A stretch of DNA of 63,033 bases, taken from assembly GCF_001194135.2 (NCBI RefSeq), contig NC_069001.1, positions 24,611,977 through 24,675,009 of the forward strand, in the 5' to 3' direction. A program made the translations under genes and the position numbers. The first letter of the stretch is position 1; each line of letters starts with the position of its first letter. Origin of the DNA: Octopus bimaculoides (lineage: Eukaryota). Below the pieces are notes generated by a model. That model was not told where the DNA came from and did not search any database. It worked only from the letters and a program-made list of their open reading frames with translations. Below, piece by piece: positions 1-12,563 of this stretch.

Positions 1-31
<31 letters not shown>

Positions 32-608
32 TAGGAAGACATTTGCATGTCCCTTGTATCGTAGTTGTAGAACCGAAATAGAAATGTTACTACCTTGCAT
101 GCAAGATTTAGTATGCTCTGCACGAGATGCTACGTCAGTACTAGTGGTTGCATTATTATTATTATTATTATTGTTATTGTTGTTGTTGTTGTTGTTGTTA
201 TTAGTAGTAGTAGTAGTAGCAGCATTACCGAAAATGCTACAACACTGACAACAATGATGAGGTGGGGGGAAAAGAAGGGGAAAAAAAATGAAAACTTCTA
301 AACAAACAGACAAATAGGATAGGCAGACACAATTATGCTCGAGATCTTTGTTAAAGTGGGAAAATATCCTTTGGCTGGCAAATATAATGATCCGTATTAA
401 CAATGCTTGTCTATTTATGTATCAGAATCGTTTCAGTGTGTTTGAGGTGGAGATGATGATGCGGATAAGGACAACAACAGCAACAACAACACCAACAATA
501 TCAACAACAACAACAATGATGATGATAACAACAATGATGATGATGATGATGATGATAACAACAATGATGATGATGATGATGATGATGATAACAACAACAA
601 CAATAATA

Positions 609-643
<35 letters not shown>

Positions 644-1347
644 TAAATGAATGGATGAAGTTCACGTTGATGATATTAATGATAATAACGATGATCAGCA
701 TAATAATATGAAGTATGATGAGGAGGCTGTTGCTAATGGTGATGATACTGTTTGGAGTTATCGTTACAAAACTAACAACAGACTCCCCGATCGAACAACC
801 GCATCCAGCTCCGCCACCACCCACACCACACCCTACCCCACCACCCCGCTCCTCACCGCTCACAACAGCAGTGACGAAATACAAAGACACTCCTGCCATG
901 ATATCAGTCTCAACATAATTTTAGCAGAAAGTAACGGCAGCAGAAATATAGAAGTGTTGTGGTTTGTGAAATATTTCAACTGAAGTTAATAAGATAAGGA
1001 AAAAAGAAAAAAAACTAGAAAGTTTTCAATGCAAGTATGAACGAAATACCGAGAGGAGAGACACGAAGAAAGTTGTATACAGGAATAATAAAGAAGGATA
1101 GTCGAAGGTGTTATGTGTCGGATACTTTTAGTCTGTTTATAATCCAATAGATGAAGTATTTAAAGTATTCTTGTAACAGTAATTCACAAACTCATGGTTA
1201 GGTGCAGTTGTAGCTGTATGGTTAAGATGTTTTCTTTGGAGCTTATGTATTCTGGGTTCGAATTCTTTAAGCAACATTTTGCTTCAATATCTCGCGAGTC
1301 GGATATGGTTAACAGAAAATACGTTAAGAGAAAATATGTAAATATTT

Positions 1348-1582
1348 AAGGCAGCGAGCTAGCAGAAACGTTAGCAGGCCGGGCGAAATGCTTAGTGGTA
1401 TTTCGTCTGCTGTTAAGTTCTGAGTTCAAATTCCGCCTAGGTGGACTTTGCCTTTCAGCCTTTCGGGGTCGATAAATTAAGTACCAGTTACGCACTGGGG
1501 TCGATGTAATCGACTTAATCCCTTTGTCTGTCCTTGTTTGTCCCCTCTATGTTTAGCCCCTTGTGAGCAATAAAGAAATAAG
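1348..1582 (+). mobile_element. tRNA-derived SINE, family A (head ggcggcgagctggcagaa; central aggtcgactttgcctttcatcc...gtaccag)
   Basis: Degenerate A/B-box head (gagttcaaattcc), conserved central block shared by about 20 copies in the window, tail gtttagccccttgtgagcaataaagaaat. agaaaatatgtaaa is repeated on both sides (probable TSD). Confidence 0.85.
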
Positions 1583-1669
1583 AAAATATGTAAACGCCAT
1601 CTCAAGTACAAACACACACGCATACATACACACATACATAAACACACATTCATACATGCATATGGTCGG

Positions 1670-2052
1670 TTGGCATTCCGTCGGTTACGTCGACGAAGGT
1701 TCCAGTTGATCCGATCAACGGAACAGCCTGCTCATGAAATTAACGTGTAAGTGGCTGAGCACTCCACAGACACGTGTACCTTTAACGTAGTTCTCGGGGA
1801 GATTCAGCGTGACACAGAGTGTGACAAGTGTGGCCCTTTGAAATACAGGTACAACAGAAACAGGAAGAAAGAATGACAGAAAGTTGTTGTGAAAGAGTAC
1901 AACAGGGTTCGCCACCATCCCCTGCCGGAGCCTTGTGGAGCTTTTAGTGTTTTCGCTCAATAAACACTCACAACGCCCGGTCTGGGAATCGAAACTGCGA
2001 TCCTACGATCGTGAGTCCACTGCCCTAACCACTGGGTCATTGCGCTTCCACT
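1670..2052 (-). mobile_element. tRNA-derived SINE, family B (tail ...gttgatcggatcaactggaacc...cgacggagtgccaac)
   Basis: Near-identical to 32985-33372. The minus-strand head gtggaagcgcaatgacccagtggttaggg...tttcgattcccaga has A/B boxes. Confidence 0.85.
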
Positions 2053-2345
2053 ACATCCATATACACACATGTACACATATAAACACGTACAAACATAATT
2101 GTGTTGACAAATGTCCCGTTTGTTTCGCTCTGTAGAATATTTCCGACAATTGTTTTGAGAAGTTCTTTGGAGCAAAACATAATGTTGATGTACACATATA
2201 TTGAACAATATGTGGTTTGTTTGGGAATGTTTGATATTAATATATATCATTTTCTTTGATCTAGTTTATTGTCTCTATTTTTCTAACGAATAATCACATC
2301 TTTTTATGTATGTATACGTATGCGAGAAAATATGCATGTATATAC

Positions 2346-2378
<33 letters not shown>

Positions 2379-3075
2379 NNNNNNNNNNNNNNNNNNNNNN
2401 NNNNNNNNNNNNNNNNNNNNNNNNNNNNNNNNNNNNNNNNNNNNNNNNNNNNNNNNNNNNNNNNNNNNNNNNNNNNNNNNNNNNNNNNNNNNNNNNNNNN
2501 NNNNNNNNNNNNNNNNNNNNNNNNNNNNNNNNNNNNNNNNNNNNNNNNNNNNNNNNNNNNNNNNNNNNNNNNNNNNNNNNNNNNNNNNNNNNNNNNNNNN
2601 NNNNNNNNNNNNNNNNNNNNNNNNNNNNNNNNNNNNNNNNNNNNNNNNNNNNNNNNNNNNNNNNNNNNNNNNNNNNNNNNNNNNNNNNNNNNNNNNNNNN
2701 NNNNNNNNNNNNNNNNNNNNNNNNNNNNNNNNNNNNNNNNNNNNNNNNNNNNNNNNNNNNNNNNNNNNNNNNNNNNNNNNNNNNNNNNNNNNNNNNNNNN
2801 NNNNNNNNNNNNNNNNNNNNNNNNNNNNNNNNNNNNNNNNNNNNNNNNNNNNNNNNNNNNNNNNNNNNNNNNNNNNNNNNNNNNNNNNNNNNNNNNNNNN
2901 NNNNNNNNNNNNNNNNNNNNNNNNNNNNNNNNNNNNNNNNNNNNNNNNNNNNNNNNNNNNNNNNNNNNNNNNNNNNNNNNNNNNNNNNNNNNNNNNNNNN
3001 NNNNNNNNNNNNNNNNNNNNNNNNNNNNNNNNNNNNNNNNNNNNNNNNNNNNNNNNNNNNNNNNNNNNNNNNNNN

Positions 3076-3153
<78 letters not shown>

Positions 3154-4089
3154 GGAGATCCATTGTGTAACATCCCTTTACAACAAAAAGTAACTTAACT
3201 ATTCAATAAAGTGAAATCAATAAAATAATTAACAATCTACGCTTATGAATAATAATTAAATTCGTTCCTGACGTTGGCAATTTAGCACAAAATGTAAGAA
3301 ATTCATGCAATTTAGACCATGGATGCACGTGTTGTCAAATGCAGTGAACAAACCTCACTTAAAGCATCCTGAATCATATTGGAAACAGAAGGGCACACTT
3401 CATAATATAGTCCTAGATATTCATTTACCGAGTGACTTATATGACTAGAAAGCCTTTGATCAGACTGCTCATGTGGTGCTGACCTGGGGTTAAATAACTA
3501 TAGCAAAAACAGTAACTACTCTGCATTCTTTATGAAACCTGGTTTCATTTACACTTAAAATATGAACTTCAAACTGATGATAATGTGTTTGTGCTTTGAT
3601 ATGTCTGTTTGTGAGTCTGAGATGAGGTAATTCTTTTCTTGCGCTAAGCAAGAGGAAGAATTAAGAAAAGGAAATTCTAAATGTGGAAATACTGACCTTG
3701 GCCCACTAAAATACCTATAAATCAAGAATCGAGAAACAATAGGTCTCCTTAAGGACAAACAAAAATAGACGGCAAAAGATAAATCCCAACGATGAGATGG
3801 TAATGGTCTCAAACATGGCAATCATAAACTTCCTTAATAAAGAATATGAAAACAACATTTCAAAGATAGATTATATAATACATGAAACAGTCCCTCTGGT
3901 TACAACGAAAAGTGGTTATCACTCAGACACATTTATCTTAAGAGGTATGTCATAACCGAAACAAGCAACATCGAAAAATATATATTCAGACTTGGTGGTG
4001 TCATAAGAAGTTTGCTTCGCAACCACATTGTTCCAGGTTCAGTCCCACTGCATGCAACTTTGGGTTGTGCCTTCTGATTTAATCCCGGA

Positions 4090-4470
4090 TGCGTGCATCT
4101 CTGATCACGAGCAGAAGGGGTGGGCGAGTATCATAGCCACGTGTTGAGAGGAATCCTTTGGAGTTTGATTAATTCACCTCTGGAAACATGGATGTTTCGT
4201 TCCTCATCCTTAAACAAACATCATTCGGAGACCTTTTGAGCAAGTTGAGCTACTCAACCTGAAGAAAATTCTAACTGGGCCCCACCTACAAGGTAAGGCG
4301 CTGTCTATGTTGATATGAGATCACACTGTCGCGCACATATGGTTGTGATGCATGTGTCTGGTGTACCTTTACCAGACGGGTAGTCATGATGGGTATAATG
4401 GGCTTCGTATATTTTATCGCAGTGTCACTTTGATGGCACGCGTTACTCACTCACTCACTAACAATAATAG
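4090..4470 (+). mobile_element. Non-coding retroposon (family T) with decayed (TAA)n tail, 5' truncated
   Basis: Reverse complement of the repeat at 36695-37236. Ends cagtgtcactttgatggcacgcgttactcactc followed by aacaataatagtgataat. Confidence 0.75.
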
Positions 4471-4529
4471 TGATAATGATGATATTGATGATGATGATAA
4501 GGAGGAGGATGAAGATGATGATGATAAAC

Positions 4530-4680
4530 CGTTTTAGATAGGCATAAGCTTTAAGTTTGTAGAGGGTTGAATCGATTGCATCGACCCCAGTTCTCCAACA
4601 CTGGATTGATAGAAGTCAAAGTGGACCTCGTCGGAATTTGAAATTAGAACATGAAGACAGATGAAGTGTCGCTAAGAGGA
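4530..4680 (-). mobile_element. SINE family A, degenerate
   Basis: tcgattgcatcgaccccag...aaagtggacctcgtcggaatttgaa matches the reverse complement of family A. Confidence 0.7.
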
Positions 4681-5257
4681 TGAAGGTCGTCGAAACCCTT
4701 GAATAAAGTATTTGACTAGTATTCTATTGACACTCTCAAGACGAATTGCAAATTTGACTCCGGCGTTATTTGAACTCAGGTGTTAATGAGCCGGAACAAA
4801 TAATGCAAGTCATTTTGTCCAGAGCTAGAACAATTCTGCCAATCAAACCAATGAGTATTATATTCAAGCAGCCATTAGACACTAGATTCATATCTCTGAC
4901 TGTCCTAGAGGGGGCTCAATTTTCTGGTTGATAATCCGGAAGATAGATGAAAAGCTAATAAATTTTACACTGCATTAGCTGGTGAATTAAAAGAGTTTGG
5001 CAGTCAAAGGATGTTTCTCAGTTTTTAATTGATGCAACTGCAATGATAGACATCCACTTCTATAAATACAGTCGTATATTACCTATAACAATAGACATAG
5101 GCATGTTACCGAAAATAGCAATATAAGAATCTATAAATAATATTACGGCATTCTCATGCGACAATGATATGCTTGTTTTCCAAGATGTAGCTAGTTATTG
5201 ATTTACGAAGAGACACTTGATCTAATTCCCAAGCCAATAAATAATGAAGGGCGATTC

Positions 5258-5408
5258 TTCTTCTTCTTCTTCTTCTTCTTCTTCTTCTTCTTCTTCTTCT
5301 TCTTCTTCTTCTTCTTCTTCTTCTTCTTCTTCTTCTTCTTCCTCCGTCTCGTCTACTGCTTCACCTCCTCTTCCTCCTCTTCTTCGTTCTCTTCTTCTTC
5401 TTCTTCTT

Positions 5409-5492
<84 letters not shown>

Positions 5493-5495
5493 TTA
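5258..5495. repeat. Compound (TTC)n(TTA)n microsatellite next to an assembly gap
   Basis: Direct reading of the sequence. Confidence 0.95.
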
Positions 5496-6127
5496 TGTTT
5501 GACNNNNNNNNNNNNNNNNNNNNNNNNNNNNNNNNNNNNNNNNNNNNNNNNNNNNNNNNNNNNNNNNNNNNNNNNNNNNNNNNNNNNNNNNNNNNNNNNN
5601 NNNNNNNNNNNNNNNNNNNNNNNNNNNNNNNNNNNNNNNNNNNNNNNNNNNNNNNNNNNNNNNNNNNNNNNNNNNNNNNNNNNNNNNNNNNNNNNNNNNN
5701 NNNNNNNNNNNNNNNNNNNNNNNNNNNNNNNNNNNNNNNNNNNNNNNNNNNNNNNNNNNNNNNNNNNNNNNNNNNNNNNNNNNNNNNNNNNNNNNNNNNN
5801 NNNNNNNNNNNNNNNNNNNNNNNNNNNNNNNNNNNNNNNNNNNNNNNNNNNNNNNNNNNNNNNNNNNNNNNNNNNNNNNNNNNNNNNNNNNNNNNNNNNN
5901 NNNNNNNNNNNNNNNNNNNNNNNNNNNNNNNNNNNNNNNNNNNNNNNNNNNNNNNNNNNNNNNNNNNNNNNNNNNNNNNNNNNNNNNNNNNNNNNNNNNN
6001 NNNNNNNNNNNNNNNNNNNNNNNNNNNNNNNNNNNNNNNNNNNNNNNNNNNNNNNNNNNNNNNNNNNNNNNNNNNNNNNNNNNNNNNNNNNNNNNNNNNN
6101 NNNNNNNNNNNNNNNNNNNNNNNNNAT

Positions 6128-6492
6128 ATATATTTGTAAGTCCTGGTGTTTTTGTTATGTATTTGTCTGAATATTTTTTTATCATACCTAAGGCGCCTAC
6201 TCAAATAGAAATTGTTTCTGTTTTTAGATTCCACATTCGAGTTATCTCTATTTCTAGGTCTTTGTATTTTGAAAGTTTCTCCATTTCTTTTAGGGAAATG
6301 TTGTCATCTGCTGGTATTGATACATCAATTAGAAAGAATTTTTTTCTTCATGATCTCTGACAACTATATCTGGCCTATTGGCCTTAATTTCTCTATCAGT
6401 GTGTATTGGCATATCCCAGAGTATGGTTGCTTTCTCGTTTTCTGTGACCTTTTCTGGAGTGTGCCTATACCATCTTTTTTCTGTTGTTAGCT
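6128..6492 (-). mobile_element. R4/Dong-clade non-LTR retrotransposon fragment (RLE domain), decayed
   Basis: Minus strand reads KRWYRHTPEKVTENEKATILWDMPIHTDREIKANRPDIVVRD...FLIDVSIPADDNISLKEMEKLSKYKDLEIEITRMW...GALGMIKK, with the PD..D..K restriction-like endonuclease motif and a frameshift and stop. Confidence 0.85.
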
Positions 6493-7370
6493 TCTAAAGC
6501 TGGAAATGTACTGCGGTGTCAGCTGTTCACTATCAGTGAACTAAGGTAACAACCCTTATTTTTCGAACACCATCCGGTTTATTCAAGCGATTTCAAGCAG
6601 TGCTGTTTTCTACAAGCGCTCCCCACTTATTGCAGCCCCTATTTGTTCCACGTACTTCTCAAGATTTTTGATCACTAAGCCCGACAATTATTGGTACTAC
6701 TACCACCATTTACAGTGACTACAATTGCTTAACCTCTCAAGCTAACATATCATATCTATCGACTTTTCTTTCTTCCTTATCGCACACCTTGTTGTCAGCT
6801 GGGCGTGCTATATCTATGATACAGCATCGTTCGATTTCTTTCTCAATTAACACTATGCTTGGTTTCCTATTCTCTATCTCATGGTCGCACTGAATCATAA
6901 AATCTCATAGAATCTTTCCATTATCATTTTCGATGATGCCTTCGAGTTTGTGTTCATACCACTTGTTTGCTCTGTCAAGTCCATACTTGTTGCAAAGTGT
7001 CAAATGAACAATCCTTGCTGTTATCATTACGTCTCTTATATTCTTTCTGAGCTAGTGGCGTACATTGACTGGTAATATGACAAACGGTTTCACAAATTTG
7101 TCCCCAAATTTGCACTTATCACTTTTTAATGTGTTTTCTATTCTGTATTTGATGTATTTGTTTCTTAATGCTTGCTCTTGGGCAGCACAGATTAGAGCCT
7201 GCGTTTCCGGTTTTCAGTCACTGTTGGTCACCCACAGCCATCTTTTTTCTCTGTCTGTCTGAAATTGTCTATGCATTCTTTTCTTTATCCACCTATTTTC
7301 AGTTTCATTCATTCTGAAGTGCTTGTGCAATGCTTTGTCTTCGCAATCTTCTATCCTACACAATTTATAA
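6493..7370 (-). mobile_element. Second, distinct R4/Dong-clade fragment (post-RT, CCHC remnant, RLE, 3' end)
   Basis: Minus strand reads KPETQALICAAQEQALRNKYIKYRI...HITSQCTPLAQKEYKRRNDN.ARIVH...WYEHKLEGIIENDNGKIL*DFMIQCDHEIENRKPSIV...IIDIARPAD. Confidence 0.85.
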
Positions 7371-7680
7371 TGGTTTAACCACATCGGCATGAGGAGCAGC
7401 GGAAGATTACTACACCAACTTTTGTGGCGGCAGTGAACCACGTGCTGGAGAATCCAGCGCAGCACATCAAAGAAAACATGGGCGAAACAAACCGAGGAAG
7501 ACCTGAAGACGCAGCGCCTGCACGTGGAGCATAGTGAGGCCAGTGCTTCGGATCGGAAAGTTCGGAGTAACATCATCACCAGAGTTCAGCATCCAGCGTC
7601 GCCAACGGCGGCATATTGGTTGATAGGACAACCTCCCACTTCGGATGGTACCTAGAGATTTAAGAAGAAGAAGAAGAAGA
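7371..7680 (+). mobile_element. RTE-clade LINE 3' end with (GAA)n tail
   Basis: WFNHIGMRSSGRLLHQLLW...STSKKTWAKQTEEDLK resembles the RTE C-terminal WFGH..RM..RLP..LL/GRPKKTW. Followed by aagaagaag. Confidence 0.65.
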
Positions 7681-7692
7681 AGGAGAAGGATG

Positions 7693-7788
<96 letters not shown>

Positions 7789-7790
7789 GA

Positions 7791-8024
7791 TAATATTAGC
7801 ACTGCTATGACTCCTCTGGAAGGAATATGTAAATAAAAGAAAAAGAGTTCCATAATTAAATTTGTTGAACGATACTTCGGTATCTTGCATGCCTTCAACG
7901 GGTTCAAAAAATTTGATATATCAGTCTACTTCACTTTTTAATACATAATATTAGTACTGCTATGACTCCACTGGAAGGAATATGTAAATAAAAGAAGAGT
8001 TCCACAATTAAATTTGCTGAACGA
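7791..8024 (+). repeat. Local direct duplication, about 80-bp unit, period about 156 bp
   Basis: taatattagYactgctatgactccWctggaaggaatatgtaaataaaag...aattaaatttgYtgaacga occurs at about 7791 and about 7947. Confidence 0.9.
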
Positions 8025-8082
8025 AGAAGAAGAACAAGGAGGAATAGAAGAAATCATAACACCTTTCCTTTCCTCACTGTAG

Positions 8083-8238
8083 AGAAATATTTTAAAAGGC
8101 TTGTCGGACTGTCTCATGGTCCAACAGAACAAAATGGAAAAGATGTTGGCTCGGAGGATGATAAGGGAGATGTGCTGGAATAGTCACTTTGATTCACGGA
8201 GCACTGACTTGCAGATAGCCATCTCTGCCCCGATAATG
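8083..8238 (+). CDS. Candidate internal coding exon (52 codons, phase 0/0), product unknown
   Basis: Acceptor cctttcctttcctcactgtag|, donor ATG|gtgagc, open frame RNILKGLSDCLMVQQNKMEKMLARRMIREMCWNSHFDSRSTDLQIAISAPIM. No homology recognised. Confidence 0.25.
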
Positions 8239-8651
8239 GTGAGCAGGGATATAGTCCGAGGAAGGGGATGAGAACGTCGGAGATCTCTACTGTCACAGGC
8301 TTCACAATAAACCTATCAGAGAGCGGCTGTTTCTTTGACAGTTTGCCCTTCTTGGCCTGATGAGCTGCAGAGCCTGGGTTGGTAACTGAACGGACCAAAT
8401 TACATTTTGATTTTTTATTCTTACCCAGTTTTGCTGACAACATGAAAAAAATTGTATGAAATGAAGAGAAATTGATCTAATTTACGTAATCGTGTCGTCG
8501 ATGAACTTTACAAGAATCCGATACTAAACAGTTCGGTGTATCGAAAATGTATGCAATCATGAAATATGCAATTATACAGCAGTTAATTAGGTGCAATTGA
8601 TAATATATCCATACCCTTCCCCCACCTCTCTCTCTCTCTCATATATATATG

Positions 8652-9134
8652 TACATGGTCTGATCAATAAGTATCCGGACGGTTGCCATAGTAACGAAGC
8701 TAAAGCACGCAGAGTGGGGCTGCGTTGACAGATTGACCCTAAACTCTGCTGTGCATGAGCACTAAGTTTTAACGTTGTAGCTCTCTTTCGCTGTTTGCAG
8801 AAAGGTGTGTAGCGTGTGATCATTGCATTGAATACGACAGAAAAAGTTGAGCAGAGAATCTGCATCGAATTTTGCTAAAAGCTTGGTGATACCTGTTCAG
8901 AGGCCTACGCAAAGTTTGCAAAAGGTTTTCTTCGTTCTTGACACGATCAAGGAGATCTTGTGCAACTGAAACCCAAGTGTCGTTTTAGTCAGCTGAAAGC
9001 AGTTTTGGCACAAACTTGGTAGACACGCGTCTCATACACAACTTTCCAGTGATAATAGACTGAACTGAACCGTAACCGTGCTTTAACTTCGTTACAATGG
9101 CAACAATCCGGATACTTATTGATCAGTCCTCCTA
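8652..9134. mobile_element. Mariner-derived MITE with about 58-bp TIRs
   Basis: TIRs at 8652-8709 and 9077-9134 (tgatcaataagtatccgga..gttgcca..gtaacgaag.taaagcacg) with TA ends. Internal remnants read EQRICIEFC (+) and GSVQSIITGKLCMRRVSTKFVPKLL (-). Confidence 0.9.
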
Positions 9135-10339
9135 TAAATATCTCCCTCTTTCTCTATCTTTCACTCATATCATTGTGACAGAAAGAGCGATAAATGTGGG
9201 AACAATTTAGGGACAGACTTAGTAGACATCTTCATAGATATTTTCCGTCGGATATTGTGAGTATTCGAGAAGCGTCCTTGACCTTTCACTGCTCTAAGCG
9301 AACATTATCTGTTTGAAACAAACTCTATAGACATGACCATCTTAAATCTGCCAACATCTGATATTGTCAGAGATGTATGCAGAGTCATGGAGTCGTTCTG
9401 CCGATTCGTGAACACGTTGAAAATACTGGACATTGCTGATTTGAGGATTAAAATCGAATAGTTCGGAAGAGATGTGGCTACTGGGCAGAAGACCAAGTAG
9501 ACTTCAGCTGTCTCTTGGCTGTGTTTTAGAATTTCGTATGCTGAAAGCATTTTGACAAGTCTGAAGGGAGAATATTTCCTATCTGGAAAAAAGTCTCATC
9601 AAATTCAAGTAACGTTAGAGAAAGAAGGCATTGGTAGAGAAGATTTTGCCCTAGAAAATCATCTTTAAGAAAGTTGAAAAAGGGGACACTGGTGTGGTTA
9701 AATGAGCTCACGATAACCGTGTGGCTAGAGCCTGGGGGAATAGACTGACCGAATGCATTAGACCTCTTGCTTTTGTTCTGTAGTGTTAATCCTATTTATT
9801 ATTTCATATTTATTATCATTTTATTAATCTTGTTGAACACACCATTTTTTACTCGATATAAATACACAACACTTTCTTGTTTGTTGTTTTCGCGTATATA
9901 TTTCAGCTTGGTCATATCCCCAACGTCTTGGGTACCTGCGACCAACAAAATAACTATTGTTGTTGTTGCTGTCGTTGTTGTTATGTGTCTCTGTTGTTGT
10001 TGTTGTTGTTGTTGTTTTTGTTGTTATTATTATCATCCTAGTATATCAATGTAAATCACTATTTCTTCTAGCTCACAGTCAGTGTCCGATATTTTTTCCT
10101 GGTTCAATCGATAGACGAAAGTTCAGAGAGTTCTTATACAGTTCACCGTTTCAGCAGACGGTATGGCGGGGTGGTGGTGAATGGTGAGGAGTATGCGAGG
10201 AGTAGCAATAGCCTCAACCCACCGACCACCAACTCACACTCTCCTCAACAACAGTGAGGTAACTTGCAAGATGAGACGAGAGAACAAAAAAAAAAGGAAA
10301 AGAAATTGTGAAGTCCTATCTTCTACAGCACTTTCAGTA

Positions 10340-10491
10340 ACATCATCATCATCATCATCAGTATCGTCGTCGTCGTCGTCATCATCAACATCATCATCAT
10401 CATCATCATCATCGTCATCACCATCGTCATCACCATCATCATCATCACCACTACCACCACCACCACCACCACCACCACCTCCGTCATCATC

Positions 10492-10522
<31 letters not shown>

Positions 10523-10767
10523 CAATCATCATCATCACNNNNNNNNNNNNNNNNNNNNNNNNNNNNNNNNNNNNNNNNNNNNNNNNNNNNNNNNNNNNNN
10601 NNNNNNNNNNNNNNNNNNNNNNNNNNNNNNNNNNNNNNNNNNNNNNNNNNNNNNNNNNNNNNNNNNNNNNNNNNNNNNNNNNNNNNNNNNNNNNNNNNNN
10701 NNNNNNNNNNNNNNNNNNNNNNNNNNNNNNACCACCACCACCACCACCACCACCACCACCACCTCCG

Positions 10768-10809
<42 letters not shown>

Positions 10810-10862
10810 CAATCATCATCATCACCACTACCACCACCACCACCACCACCTCCGTCATCATC

Positions 10863-10893
<31 letters not shown>

Positions 10894-11385
10894 CAATCAT
10901 CATCATCACCACTACCACCAACACCACCACCGCCACCACCACAACCTCTACCACGACCACCATCACCGTCATCATCATCGTCATTATCCCATTCATAGTC
11001 GTCGTCATCATCATCATCACTTCCACCATCATCATCATCATCACCACCTCAGTTGTCATCATCAGCATTGTCTTCGTCGTCGCCGTCGTCGTTGTCTTTA
11101 TAAAGTTTTAGCATAATGATTGTCGTCGCCGTCACGATCATCATTTGATCCCGATAAGCATTCTCAAGATCATCGTTACACTCTGTAATGTTATCATCAC
11201 CATCAACACCAAAATTATCTCCGTTCTCATGAATACCGTCATACATATCTCCACCGCAACTCCCACCATCATCATCATCATCACCACCTCAGTTGTCATC
11301 ATCAGCATTGTCTTCGTCGTCGCCGTCGTCGTTGTCTTTATAAAGTTTTAGCATAATGATTGTCGTCGCCGTCACGATCATCATN
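10340..11385. repeat. (CAT)n/(CAC)n compound microsatellite with higher-order units and a 240-bp-period duplication
   Basis: Unit (cat)n-cacaat-(cat)n-caccactac-(cac)n-ctccgt recurs. About 11025-11145 is identical to about 11265-11385. Confidence 0.85.
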
Positions 11386-12512
11386 NNNNNNNNNNNNNNN
11401 NNNNNNNNNNNNNNNNNNNNNNNNNNNNNNNNNNNNNNNNNNNNNNNNNNNNNNNNNNNNNNNNNNNNNNNNNNNNNNNNNNNNNNNNNNNNNNNNNNNN
11501 NNNNNNNNNNNNNNNNNNNNNNNNNNNNNNNNNNNNNNNNNNNNNNNNNNNNNNNNNNNNNNNNNNNNNNNNNNNNNNNNNNNNNNNNNNNNNNTATATA
11601 TATATATATATATATATATATAACTTTTGCAATTTCTCTTACCTTTTTTCCTCTGTTAGTGAAACTTTTGGAAAGTTTCGTTCAGACTGCGATGGGGGGT
11701 AGCGTTATCGTAGCTTGTAAACACACTTGACGGAGAGAGTGGGAAGGGCGGGGGATAGAGCGTTGCAAGTGTGGGATAAGCTGTAGAAATAAACGAAAAG
11801 CGAGAGAGAGAGGAGAGAGAGAGAGAGAGAGAGAGTGTGGAGAATGTAGATCTATGTGGGTGGTGTTGAAACCACAATGGTGACAATGATTATGAGGCTG
11901 ATGATGGGGACGACATCAACGACATCGACGAAGACGATTATAATAATTATAGTGATGAGATAGTTGTTGGTGTCAAGGCGAGTGAACTGAAACAAAAACA
12001 AAAAAAATTTAAGTGATGACAGCAGAAGTAGTTATCGTGGAAACCGGGAACTTTGCTATGATTTACTGTGTGTATGTATAAAGTATACACATATGGATAT
12101 ATATATATATAGAATTCATATTACGTGTATATGTAAGACGTTTGTGTGTGTGTGTTTTCTTGATTATTCACAGCCAAATATTTATTTGTATATCTGTCTG
12201 CATTCGACACTCTGTGGGAAAGTTTTTATCTATTTGCACTTCTTTCTTTTCTCTCTCTCTCTCTACCGTTATCAACTTTTCACCATTTTTTCTTCTTCTT
12301 TCTTCGTTGTAATCATCGTCTTCGCTGTCTTCTAGTCGTCTTCGTCTATGTCTTCGTCCTCTTTTTCTTTTTCTGTTATTACTTTCTGTTTCTTTCTTCG
12401 TTATCCTCATCATCATCTTGTTGTTGTTGTTGTTGTTGTTGTTCTTCTTCTTCTTCTTCTTCTTCTTCTTCTTCTTCTTCTTCTTCTTCTTCTTCTTCGT
12501 CTTCTTCTTCTT

Positions 12513-12563
<51 letters not shown>

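Noticed and set aside
24-983. ORFs rich in poly-Met/His/Thr/Asp
   Set aside because: They are translations of (GAT)n/(CAA)n/(TTG)n microsatellites, open in several frames on both strands.
2294-3198. Long ORFs of 200-300 aa spanning N runs (also 5198-6234, 16442-17149, 42711-43273, 50353-51829, 54966-59358)
   Set aside because: Their length comes from assembly gaps translated as X.
10181-11116. 311-aa Ser/Pro/His-rich ORF resembling a His-rich protein
   Set aside because: It consists of (CAT)/(CAC) repeats and a gap, with no splice or codon evidence.
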